DNA from: Podarcis tiliguerta
Taxonomy: Eukaryota
DNA: 64,000 bases
Direction: 5' to 3' (one strand)
Assembly: GCA_965153285.1 (NCBI GenBank)
Contig: OZ229120.1
Position 1 is the first letter of the stretch. Each line of letters starts with the position of its first letter. The translations under genes and the position numbers were made by a program. A model generated the notes under the pieces. The model saw only the letters and a list, made by a program, of their open reading frames with translations. It searched no databases and was not told the origin of the DNA. Below, piece by piece: positions 14,301 through 24,554 of the stretch.

Positions 14301-17300
14301 ATAGCAGAGTCCGTTTTACCTTATCCTGTGTTAGATAGGTAGCCTCCCCCAGTGATGCCCCTAACATGTAAAAGGGACAGTAGGGGATGGGTGGATGGAT
14401 GGATGGACCGGTTTATGCTGCCCATCTGGCTGGTTTGCCCCAGCCACTCAGGGCAACTCCTAGCAAAATATTAAAAACACAATAAAACATCAACCATTAA
14501 AAACGTCCCTGAACAGAGCTGCATTCAGATGACTTCTAAAAATCATATAGTTGTTTATCAGTTTGACATGTGATGGGAGGGTGTTCCACAGGGTAGGTGC
14601 CACTATTAAGAAGGCCCTCTGCCTGGTTCCCTGTAACTTCATTTCTCACAGTGGGGAAATTGCCAGAAGGCCCTTGGAGCTGAACCTCAGTGTCCGGGCT
14701 GGGCGATGTAAGTGGAGACACTCCTTCATATTTCACCCAAAAAACTATAATGGAGAGTGCTTGGTGATCCGGGGGGGGGGGGCTCACAGTGGTGGTGTGG
14801 GGAGTAAATAAATATCTGGGAGTATACTTCTAATCTCTATTTGTGCAACACTGGTAAGCAACACAGTCTGAGATGCAATGCTAGACCAACTGGTGACATC
14901 AACCTAGTTGTTTCTAAAGCATCACACCCTCTTGAGGAGTCATAGAATCAATGCTCATTAGTACTCAACAATTTTAGAATGTGATATTTTGAATCGAAAC
15001 AACTTAGAAAGCAAATAACAGGGTTAAAAAGCGGAGGGGAAATCAAAACAATCCTGATAGTTTTGCTGGAACTGAAATCCTCAGTACATCGTTTTAATGA
15101 GTATTAATAAATGTAGCTTATTTCAAACTTGCCAAGTGATTTCCATATTGGTTCTGCCCCCAGAGCACAAATGTTTTACCAAGTGTACAACTTCAACATG
15201 TACATCTTTGCATACTTTTTGTAAACTCTGAAGCAACCTCTCGCTTTACAAATACAGGTGTGATCCATTATGAACTAAGGGTGCTGTTGACCTTTTAACT
15301 ATGGCAGTTACCTTGGTATAGACTAAGCAAGCATCTTCCCACGGTGTGTGCCTCAAGTAAATAATCCCGAAAATATGATCCTTACGGAGCAAGGTAACAG
15401 CGTTTAGAGTTACTTGAATTCTATTACCTCTGCTAAGGGGCATTCTGAAACTATAAAGTTACTCCTGTGGAACAAGAGAAGTCTCATAATCATATCATCA
15501 ATTATTCACCTAGCAAGAATTCTTCCTTATTACATCTATTTGTACAATAAATTGCTTTTACAAAAAAGTATATTAAAACAACCTTTCAAACAATTGCTTC
15601 ACAAAACCATTTCAGCCAGGGATGTTTTTAAAAATAACATTTGGACAAACAGAAAAATGTCTTGCAAGTATCACCCAATATCATAAAATAGTTAAGCATA
15701 TAAATTAGTTCATATACACAATTCTGTTCTTTGAAATGAAAATAATAACTCTCTCCATTTTTACATGCACTGTTTGCCTTCAAATGAACTGAGAACAGAT
15801 ATTAAAATAAAAATTATCTTGCAACAACTTTTCTCATGGAGGATGTAAAAGAATGCTTCTAATTTTGTAGCTGAGTCCCTCAGTGGGATTTATTTCAGTC
15901 TGAGCATGAAATACATTTCTTGGAATTTTTTATGTCTCCTTTGGCAGAAAACAGGCATAGTGTTTCATTATTACCGTCCCCCTGCACCCAGCATGTCACA
16001 TATTCCAAAGAGAAACTCTGGTTATTATTATTATTATTTTTAAAAAAAGGTTCTGAGAGTAACACAGGTTCAGATTAAGCTTTGATTTGGTCATTAATGG
16101 CATATTAAATACACAGAACTTCAATTTGATTTTAATAGTAGCTGTCCCCTGGAACAGAATGTTCAATGCTGTCACTGTTATTAACAATTAGGTTGCACTA
16201 TTCAATCCAAAGAATAGATTTAGTTGATTTCCCAAACAATTCACAATTTGTGTATGTCATTTATGAAAGAGAACGTATCGACTCATTCAGCATTCGCTAA
16301 AGGACAAACTACGAAAGTGTTGCTTGAGGAAGAGGAAGGATAGATTCATAAGATTTAGAACTCTCTGTTGCACCCAGTAATATCATGATTAACTCACCCT
16401 ATGAGTTACTATGATGAATGATGAAAATCATTCTGCAATTATGGACTGGAACTAGTGCAATGCTCTTCAGAAATAACGTACATTGTGCAAGTCCCATGTC
16501 TATCACCCAACATTCCATCATGCTTTAGAGCAGTACTGGAGAAAGAGTGGCTCTCCAGCTGTTACTGGCCTACAACTCCCAACATCTCAGTTAACTGGCC
16601 ATGCTAGCAGGGGTTGATAAGAACTGGGTCAAACACCATCTGAAGGACTAAAGGAACCCACCTCTACTCTAAGGTTTGACACTGCCCTGACTCTGACAGC
16701 ACCTTTTTACTTTTGCTTATATAAGTGAATGGCTACGATACAAAGTAGGGTCTCGCACAGTGGAAATGAAAACCAACCCATTGCACAAAGAGACCCAATA
16801 GGGTAGAACTATGCTCCTCATGCCCCTTTTGAAGAGAATGCATCTCTACAGCTGTGGAGGTTTTTTGTTTTTTCAAAGTTTCTCTCTCCCACTATATATA
16901 TATAGAGAGAGAGAGAGAACCAATTTTTGGAATGGACAAAGGAAGAAGGAGATTCCCCCCCCACCCACACAATTCTTATCCCCTTAGGATAATCAACCAC
17001 CTTAGAATGAAGAGCCTGTGGCCCTCCAGATTTGAAACTGCGAAAGAAGTGGGGGGAGGGCAGCGGCAGCAGCTGCTGCAGTGAAGTGTAAAGGCAAACA
17101 CTTCATTTGCAGACTGGATTGAAGTAGTAGTAGTAGTAGTAGTAAGGTGATTTATTACCTGCCTTTCATTCCCAAGTCCCAGGGCAGATCATAACAATTT
17201 GAAATACAGTACATTAAAACAGTTTTTTTTAAAAATACGAGCACATGAAGTCAAACAGCCTGGCAAAAGAAGAGGGATTTGCAGCCACTGCTGGTCAGAA

Positions 17301-20300
17301 GTGTATAGGGAAATGCTTCCTTTCCACTATGCAGGGTGAAATCATGGTGATGTCAGGTGATTGACAGGGGGGTGCACCACCCACCTGTCAAAGTAGTCCA
17401 CTGGAGTTGGGAGATGTCAGGATCCAGGCCACCAGCCCGATCCAGTCCCCTTCTGTGATTTAAGTAACTGTACTGATTCCCTAGCCACCCTAGGAACCTT
17501 TGGGTTGAAGGGCTGAACATATATAACATAAATAAGCAAAATACCCATCCATGTGGCTGACAGGAGCAATTGCAAGACCAGCACAGGCTGCAGACTCTCT
17601 CATTTACCCGCAGGATTGTCCATGGAAAACCATGTGTCTTTTTCCTAGACCACCTTCAGCTTTTTCACTTGAACAAAACAAAAATGAACAATACTGAACT
17701 AGGTGCAAAGGATGACTTCTTCCATTATAACTGCAAGGGAAATGAAGCAAATAACAAAATCCAAATGTCCCTCCCAAAATGCAGGTTTCAAATGCTCAGG
17801 TCAAAATTACGCAAGTTTTATAACTTAACACCTCACTGTACGTTATTATGGACATTATCTTGGTAGGCATTTGTCATAGTCAGCTGACTTTGATGAAAGA
17901 TGACTTCACACATTACAAACTGCAAACACAGAAGCCTTCACAGTTCCCACTGTTAACCACTACATATGTGGTTATAGGGCATAAGCTTTCTCACCCTCAG
18001 TTGAAAACATTATATCAGGAGTCTCAAATAACAGCTGGATGGAGATATATAAAAGCTGATATGAGCTGTTTGAAATCATGTAAACATTAGATGACAACTG
18101 GCTGTGTCTGTGGTGCAGCTTTTTCATAAAGGCGGAGGTAACTGTGTTTTTGAATGAGAAAAATAACACACCATTCACATTAGCCACCCATGACTGTCCA
18201 ATTAGTAGTTGATAAAATGTGCCTGAAATAAAAACTTGTTTTGTGGATTACAGCAGAATTGAAAGTCCAGGAATGGAAACAGTTTTTGATGGCTACTTGT
18301 GTTCTGTCACAAGTTCAACAGATTTGCTTGTAACAGAATACAATAATTCTGCCTCATTCAGAGGCATGTGCCATTCTAGCTTCTATAAGGAAGTTTAACA
18401 ACAGGCAGCATTGCACTGTAAATGTACTTACTCAGCATATTTACACCCTGCTTTTTGGCCATTCCAGCTCCTCTGAGGCTGTACCTGCAGAGACTGCTGT
18501 GGCATCCCTTGTGAGATAAATCAGGCAGATTACTCTGGTTCTCCTCTGCTGCTAAAATGGGAGGTGGGGATACCCTTGGGATTACGACACTTTCCAGCAG
18601 TTGTAAGACTTCACCTTAGGATGGGCAAAAGGAGACTGCAGTACCACTCCAAAAAACCCCAAAAACCCACTTTCTGCAGTGATCCTGCACCACATAGGAA
18701 TTTATGCACCGGAAGAACACAGCACAGGATTAACTTTCAAAATAATTAATATTACTCAGCATGATGGCTCCTTCCAAATGAACAAACACATAAAAGCCAC
18801 CCTGTATGTTCATGCACTTACCAAACATCACACTACATTACTCAGCCTAGTCTGGCAGCATACAATTATATTTTAAATACCATACAATTGTATTCAAGAG
18901 TTCTAGGGTTACTCAACATTACAGTAGCATATCCATTTTTATTCATTGTTTCAATCATGCTTTCATTGCACAAAAAATATTCCTTCCCGATTTTCATAGA
19001 ATGCACTCACAGAAATCTATTCTACGTTTCCATCCTTTTGATGAAAGTAGATATTCACCTCTTCTCTTATCTCCTGTACAAAGGACATTTCCACATTTGT
19101 CCAGTTCTGACTTGAAGTCTCAAGAGCACAGAATCCTGACCAGATACTGACTAAAGGAAATACAGCCTTGAAAAAATGTGACTGGAAGACATCCCCATTA
19201 TTATCTTGCCCTGAGTACTGATTTTTTAAAAAGCTTTATTGAGCCACCATTTAATAACCACTATTTAATCATTATAATTATTCACTTATTAGTTAAGTAT
19301 TTTGCTTTCCCAGCCCCATGGCACCCCTAGAGTTCAAGACAAGGAACCCTCTTTGTTGATTAGAGTTATTTAAGACCGGCAACAATAACCATGCTGGAAA
19401 GAAAAGTACTTTGAGAGGATTACACAAGGGTTAGTTCTCAACAGCACCAAGCTGAGGAAAGCAAATTACAAACCCCCAAGTACTTCATTGCATGTAACCA
19501 AATTGGCTGGTTGAAATGCTAATTGCCTTTCAGGACCGCTAAGGGCAGACAGTGTGGCTCTGGCTTCATGGGAATTACATGCATTTTTCTCCCCCCACTT
19601 CTCTGCGCCATTGTCTTGCTGAGAAGGATTCAAAATCTATTCAGAAAGGTAGTCCCTTCCCTCAACTTTCAAACATGTGAGAAAGCTCTGACCGATACTT
19701 CAGATTGCTTTGGTCTGCCAAATCTATAGCAGATGGCTGAATTAGAGCCATGTTAAATCCCCACTAAAGCAGTGCAAGATCAGCCTAGGAGCAGCAACTG
19801 GGGAAAAGGAGGCCAGCTTCTTGAAGCCAATGAGCGGCAGGGTCACAAACAGATTTTAATGTAATTGAACGTGATGGAGCATATTTCTCCTAACCCCCCA
19901 ATATCTAGCATACTTCAGCTCAGGGACGTTTGCTATTCCATTTGTTATATTCAAAACCTGCAGCAGTCAAAGAGGCTGTGTGTATACAGCACACCACCCT
20001 ATTCTGCATTGTCACAGGAATGCAGCAGCACCATTTACTGTGTAAATAAATTTATTTCACATATGAACTGGCTGATGCACTGAAACCGTCTTTACAAGTT
20101 TCAGTGCACTTTGCAAGTGCTTGACCAAATGTGCTATTATTACTCCATTTATGCAGCAGCCATAGGATTTTTAGCACTTTTTAATATAAAATGAGCTCTC
20201 AGTCATTCAAGCCTTCTTAACCTGAATTCCACTTTTCCTGAAGAAGCACAACAAAGATTTTCACACTGCTGAAATTCTCATGCAAGGACATCCAGGAATT

Positions 20301-23086
20301 GGATTATTTATGTAAGTGTAGCTTTATTTACATAGAGTGTCTTCATTTGGATTATGGTAGCAGAATGATCTCTGCAGTTACCTGATTTGACAGTCCCTCC
20401 GCTTTATAGAAGTGGTGCTTAGCTTTAGAATAAAAAGCTGTTTGTCTCTATATCCCTCAAAGTCTACTTTCGACAGAAGAGTTGAAACAAAGAAATGGTA
20501 TATAACTTGAATTGGACAGTCCGGGTGTTCAAACATAAACAGAGGTAATGTTCTCAGTGTAACTATTTATGATACACTACATGCCCTATCTTAGTTTGAG
20601 CCTTACCTAAAAAATAGAATAAAACTAAATTGGTTCAGAAGTGGTAGGAGTGCTACTAAAATAAGTAAGAAGTGCTCACATATGTAAACCTACACATGTG
20701 TCCAGTGATTTGGACTCTGCACAAATCAGTATTTGGACTCAGCACAGTACAAGGCTTAACAAGTTCATTGTTTCTTCTTCTTGTACAATTGTATACCTTC
20801 ACTCAAACAGGAATTTGAACAGTGGAAGCAATACTAATTATGGAAATTTTTGTAATTATTTCTCAAAATTTTATAACCAGTAATTTAAGAGACAAATAAT
20901 TCCATAAATCCCATTTGTGTACATCTTGACAAGCCAAGAGACATTTAACTCTACTCAACCAAGTAGCCACTTTCAACTAGGTAATGGGATACAAGTAATG
21001 TAACTGAAGTGTATCTGATAAGCTCTCTAAACAATATCACATGTTCACATTTCTTCATAAATTGGTGGGCTTTATGACATTAAATGACATTGGCTCCCAA
21101 CATCTCCAGTTGAGTAACATTAGCTCTGCAAGACTGAAGGAAACATTTTCTATATACATTTGCTGGCCACAATTCAGCCGGACTTAAATGCTCTTTGAGT
21201 CTCATTTCTTTTACTGATGAAGTTAGAATGTACTTGCTTTTTTTGCTTTTAAAAAACAGGTCAAAAGCACTTATAATCTTGTCCACATTTGTTCCATACC
21301 TGAAAGTACACAAAGACTTAACCAAGGCTTACATTTTATTAGGCTCACTCTAACCCATGCACAATTTCCAAAAGGTTGTCGTCTGCCTTCAGTTGTACTT
21401 CCAATTTCTGACCAAAGTTGTAGTACTCAAAACCAGAAATTTTGCTAACACTAAAAAAAAATCCCTTACTCCCCTTTTAAGTCAATGGCAACTTTAACAC
21501 CATGATTTGTGTCTGTTATCATATGGTTCAAACCTATTATCATATGGAAAGTGAAACATGATAAGCCCAAGTCTTTGTGGATAATACATTTATTTCACAA
21601 CTTAAGGTACAAATTTGTGAAAGAATTACTGACTGAATCATAGACATTTGACAACAACTTTAAACATATTTTGTTCATAGTACCTGGTGGGACTTCTTAG
21701 CAAGTAGGCATAGGATTACAAATGTCTCATGGACATTTACTGGAGAGTAAGTCTCACTGACCTAAGTGGAACTTAATTCAGAGTAAAAATGCACAGTACT
21801 GGACTACATGCTCCATTGATTTCATTAATTTCATTCAAGGGGGTTAAGCACATGCCTATTTTCCACTGAAACCTACAGCACAGTCCTGTACACGCTCACT
21901 CAGAAGTAAGCCCCAATGAGCTCAATGACTTACTCTTGGATAAGTGTTTATAGGATTGTAACCTTACAGTCACTTAACATCATGTTCTTGATATCTGTGT
22001 AAATGATTTATTTCTCAGCATTTCCAGGTTAATACCTTGTTTCTGAGTTGCTGCATTCTAGAGAAGAATGGAAACTGCATGTGGAAAACAGGAAGAATTT
22101 CATCTGTAGACGCTCTTTGTTCTATATTTTATTATTCACCTGCTTGTTGCATATTCCTGCATTGCTAGATGATCCTTAGGGTCCCTTCCACCTCTACAAT
22201 TCTATGATCTCTATGTATAAAGCACATGTTCCCCCACAAATCCTCATCGTAGCATGTAGGGGGTGTATTTACATGGTAGGAGAGACCTAAAGCAACAGGA
22301 GGGCTGAAGTTCCACATCTGAGTAATGTATAATTAAACATTATGAATTGTAGCCAAGGAAGTCGAGCTAACCAAAACGAATGGACTTCAGCTAGCCTTGA
22401 CTAACCCAAGCCCATTGATTTCAGAGGGTCTACTCTGTGTAGGAATGCGTCGGATGCCACCCACGAAAGAAGCCTGCCCAATCCCCATGCAAAGCAATGG
22501 CACTTTTTAAAGCCGAGCAAACCATTCTTAGAAATAAGGGGGGGGGAGTTTTGCATTGACTTTAAGTTATTGTTTTACAGCTAGCAATGCAAAACCATCG
22601 CTTCGAATGGTTGTTCCCCCCACCCCCAAAAAAAGACTACTTTACAAGGCAGAGACATGGGAAAGCGTTAAAAAAGAGAGAGAGATGAGAATTGAGGGCG
22701 GGAGGAGGACAGTGAGGCAGCGCCTCTGCTCTGCTCCCAAGGAAAAAGCGCAACCCATTAAAAGCAATGGCGAAAGGGGGACTGGGGCGCTGCGGGTTTC
22801 GTGGCGGCGCCCTGAGCCCCGGGACCGTCCCCTGCAAAGGAAACCCGAGAAAGCCCGCTTACTCCCAAGTAAGAGGCTCCCAGGCGGCAGGCTTCGGGCG
22901 GCGAAGCGAGGCGGGACCCTTTCCCGGGTGCAGCGCGAGGGGGAAGATGAGCGGGAAAACGCTGAGGGGAAGAGCTCGCCGGCAGCAACAGGTGCTGCGA
23001 GCGCAGCGAAAGGAGGGCAACTTTCCCACGGCCGGCCGGGAGCCCTGGCGAGGCACCTACCTACCTAGACCCGGGGATGTGGACAT
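2076..23086 (-). CDS. ADGRV1: Adhesion GPCR V1 (VLGR1/GPR98/USH2C), 5' part: coding exons 1-8; gene continues beyond the left edge
   Basis: Eight exons (22+185+150+96+105+114+566+271 = 1509 nt) with GT/AG borders join in frame into a signal peptide plus Calx-beta repeats (DDDLPEADETF, DDAIPEIAETF, NDNFPEEAQPY). Exon sizes match my recollection of human ADGRV1; synteny with LYSMD3. Confidence 0.97.
2612..3230 (-). mobile_element. Probable solo LTR (Gypsy-like), same orientation as ADGRV1, in intron 7
   Basis: On the - strand it starts TGTCATGA and ends CAGGACA; TTTAAA box near 2843; AATAAA at 2626-2631; no clean TSD. Confidence 0.5.
3656..4221 (-). CDS. ADGRV1: ADGRV1 exon 7
   Basis: tag|IPEDDERFIIHLKSVEGGAEINTSRNSVE...VVIDEDQML-R|gtact; 566 nt; overlaps ORF 3622..4107. 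Confidence 0.96.
5921..6245 (-). mobile_element. CR1 LINE reverse transcriptase fragment
   Basis: The - strand reads DPVGIVYLDFQNVFDRVLHQRLLSKL and VSSEVAKFADDTKLLRV (FADDTKL at 5931-5951), both RT core motifs. Confidence 0.9.
6492..6978 (+). mobile_element. Solo LTR (487 bp)
   Basis: Inverted termini TGTCAGGA...TCCTGACA; 5-bp TSD accaa/gccaa; AATAAA at 6912-6917. Confidence 0.8.
7056..7169 (-). CDS. ADGRV1: ADGRV1 exon 6
   Basis: cag|VEGGPNPAEEDLSPARGNITFPPGTAVLIFNLVVLDDQ|gtgag; 114 nt. Confidence 0.96.
7343..7480. mobile_element. Palindromic hAT-type MITE (ACTACAACTCCCA family)
   Basis: Near-perfect inverted repeat; 8-bp TSD atgtaaat/atttaaat. Confidence 0.85.
8418..8522 (-). CDS. ADGRV1: ADGRV1 exon 5
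   Basis: tag|PALITVSEPKGRNESVPLTLVREKGTYGTVTVIYV|gtaag; 105 nt. Confidence 0.95.
9120..9143. repeat. (CAT)n microsatellite
   Basis: Direct reading. Confidence 0.95.
9980..10075 (-). CDS. ADGRV1: ADGRV1 exon 4
   Basis: tag|NPPPGVKLGLPRAVSVTILSNDNAFGIISFDM|gtatg; 96 nt; not in the ORF track. Confidence 0.95.
12257..12374. mobile_element. hAT-type MITE, same family, decayed
   Basis: ttttggactacaactccc ... gagttgtagttcaaaa inverted arms. Confidence 0.7.
12463..12612 (-). CDS. ADGRV1: ADGRV1 exon 3
   Basis: cag|IHGENTGDFFDTY...DDDLPEADETFIFYLTLQ|gtagg; 150 nt. Confidence 0.96.
12725..12895 (-). mobile_element. CR1 3' end fragment
   Basis: gcctgctggatcaagccaatggcccatctagtc...gccaaccagatgcctatggg; similar to the copies at 27470 and 28350. 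Confidence 0.7.
13083..13267 (-). CDS. ADGRV1: ADGRV1 exon 2 (signal peptide and start of Calx-beta 1)
   Basis: ttttcag|GGATGCCC...GTAGCG|gtaag; encodes GMPSACSLVTFLLALSTSFISGETEVKFTGQTEF...TAIVA; 185 nt. Confidence 0.96.
13657..13850. mobile_element. PIF/Harbinger-like MITE
   Basis: TIR ggctgtttacaca / tgtgtacacagcc (12/13 match); 3-bp flanks aaa/aaa. Confidence 0.6.
14410..14735 (-). mobile_element. L2-like LINE 3' fragment with a (GGAT)n tail at about 14385-14407
   Basis: The - strand encodes RQRAFLIVAPTLWNTLP, typical of the L2-clade ORF2 C-terminus. Confidence 0.75.
16531..16666. mobile_element. hAT-type MITE, ACTACAACTCCCA family, decayed
   Basis: ctacaactcccaacatc...ggccatgctagcagggg core shared with other copies. 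Confidence 0.6.
17123..17144. repeat. (AGT)n microsatellite
   Basis: Direct reading. Confidence 0.9.
21680..21965. repeat. Cluster of short decayed palindromic repeats (tactcagaagtaag / aggattgcagcc family)
   Basis: Several partial copies; the same motifs occur at about 40960, 55340 and 63150. Confidence 0.55.
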
Positions 23087-23450
23087 GGGCGTCCCGTGGA
23101 CTCGCTCGCTCGCTCGCCAGCCGCCCGCTCGCTCGCTCGCGCCCTGTCACTCACGCCGGCATGCCGCCGCGTCCCGTCATGGCCAGCCCTCCGACGGCGC
23201 CCGGGCGCGTTGCAGCTTGGACGCTTCCCTCCTCCTCCTCCTCCTGATGCTGCTGCTGCTCCTCCACCTCCTCTTCGTCGTCCTCTCAGCTCTCGCGGCG
23301 GCTGGGAGGAGACAAGGGGGCCACCCACCCCGCGGCCCCTTCCTGAGGGGACTGGCCGCAGGCGAAGCGGGAAGAAGAGTCGCCCTCCCTCGCGCCGACG
23401 GCGTCAAGGCTTCTTGATTGGGACTGAGCGGAGCCTGGGGCTTTTCAAAA
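22770..23450 (-). promoter_or_regulatory. CpG island / promoter and 5' UTR of ADGRV1
   Basis: Dense CpG and very high GC around exon 1; CCAAT on the - strand at 23417-23421; CRE-like half site at 23402-23406. Confidence 0.85.
23065..23086 (-). CDS. ADGRV1: ADGRV1 coding exon 1 (MSTSPGL-G)
   Basis: gcccATGTCCACATCCCCGGGTCTAG|gtaggt inside the CpG island; 22 nt, phase 1, fits exon 2. Confidence 0.88.
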
Positions 23451-23580
23451 GGATTCAGCAGCTGCCCTGGAAGAGGGAGCCATCTAGGAAAGAAGAGGGC
23501 GCTTGAGCAGGTGCAGAGTGTTCCCTCAGGTCTTGCCAAGTGACAGTATTATTATTATTGAAAAATAAAAGTACCACCAA

Positions 23581-23764
23581 TATAGGAGTCAACTCCTAGG
23601 GGCTGAGGGGGTCTTCACCCACCCCTAATAAAGTATTTGAGCCCCCCCAGTTTATAAGCATTGCCATTCAAATGGTGTGCATGCACTGTGTCATGTGTTC
23701 AATTATGCAGGGGAGGGCTTATTAGGACCCCCCCCCCAATATTTTATTCAAGTTGGCATCCCTG
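23581..23764. mobile_element. hAT-type MITE
   Basis: 8-bp TSD accaccaa/accaccag; a second related copy at about 24400-24554 shares gcattgccattcaaat and ccccaatattttattcaagttggca. Confidence 0.75.
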
Positions 23765-23810
23765 ACCACCAGTATTAATGTGTGTGTGTGTGTTGTAGAG
23801 GCTCCAGATA

Positions 23811-24280
23811 CTGTGGTACCTTGATTCTCAAATTTAATCCGTTCTGGAAGTCTGTTCCAAAACCAAGACACACTTTCCCATAGAAAGTAATGCAAAATGG
23901 ATTAATCCTTTCCAGACTTTTAAAAAACAACCCTTAAAACAGCAATTTAACCTGAATTCGACTATCTAATGAGACCATTGATCCATAAAATGAAAGCAAT
24001 AAACAATGTACTGCAGTCACACAATCAATCAATCAGTAGCTGAACTGGGTTCCACACAGTCACAAAAACAAAACAAAAAGAGCCGCAAAAGCAAAAACTC
24101 AAAATAAATAGCAAAAACAGACAGACTTCCGCATAACACTCAAATCGGAAGCATAACACTCTTATGGAGCATGTTCAGCTTCCAAAAACAGTTTGCAAAG
24201 GAACACTTACTTCCGGTTTTGCAGTGTTTGGATTCTAAGTTGTTTGAGTACCAAGACATTTGAGAAACAAGTTACCACTG
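23811..24280. mobile_element. Tc1/mariner (Tigger/pogo-like) MITE
   Basis: TA|ctgtggtaccttg ... caagttaccactg|TA; terminal inverted repeats with a TA TSD. Confidence 0.85.
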
Positions 24281-24319
24281 TATATTCTTTCAGGAGTTGA
24301 CTTTAGTTCCAGGAACCTC

Positions 24320-24351
<32 letters not shown>

Positions 24352-24352
24352 T
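24320..24352. repeat. (CTTT)n microsatellite
   Basis: Direct reading. Confidence 0.9.
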
Positions 24353-24399
24353 TTAAGTGTTACTTTCCACCTAAGGAAAATGTGGTTCTCCAGCGAGGT

Positions 24400-24554
24400 A
24401 GTTCAGTCAGTGGTATAGGAGCCAAGAGGCCAAGGTCCCTTTGGCTCCCCAAAGTTGAGGGGCATTGCCATTCAAATGTTGTGATCGATTACGCAGGGCG
24501 GGGCTTACCTGGAAAGCCCCCACCCCCAATATTTTATTCAAGTTGGCACCCCTG
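24400..24554. mobile_element. Second copy of the hAT MITE at 23581
   Basis: Shared internal and terminal motifs. Confidence 0.65.

Noticed and set aside
22556-23539. ORFs of 120-216 aa over the ADGRV1 promoter, one with a poly-Leu TM-like stretch
   Set aside because: The poly-Leu comes from the CTC/CTG repeat; stop codons are scarce in a CpG island; no recognisable domain.
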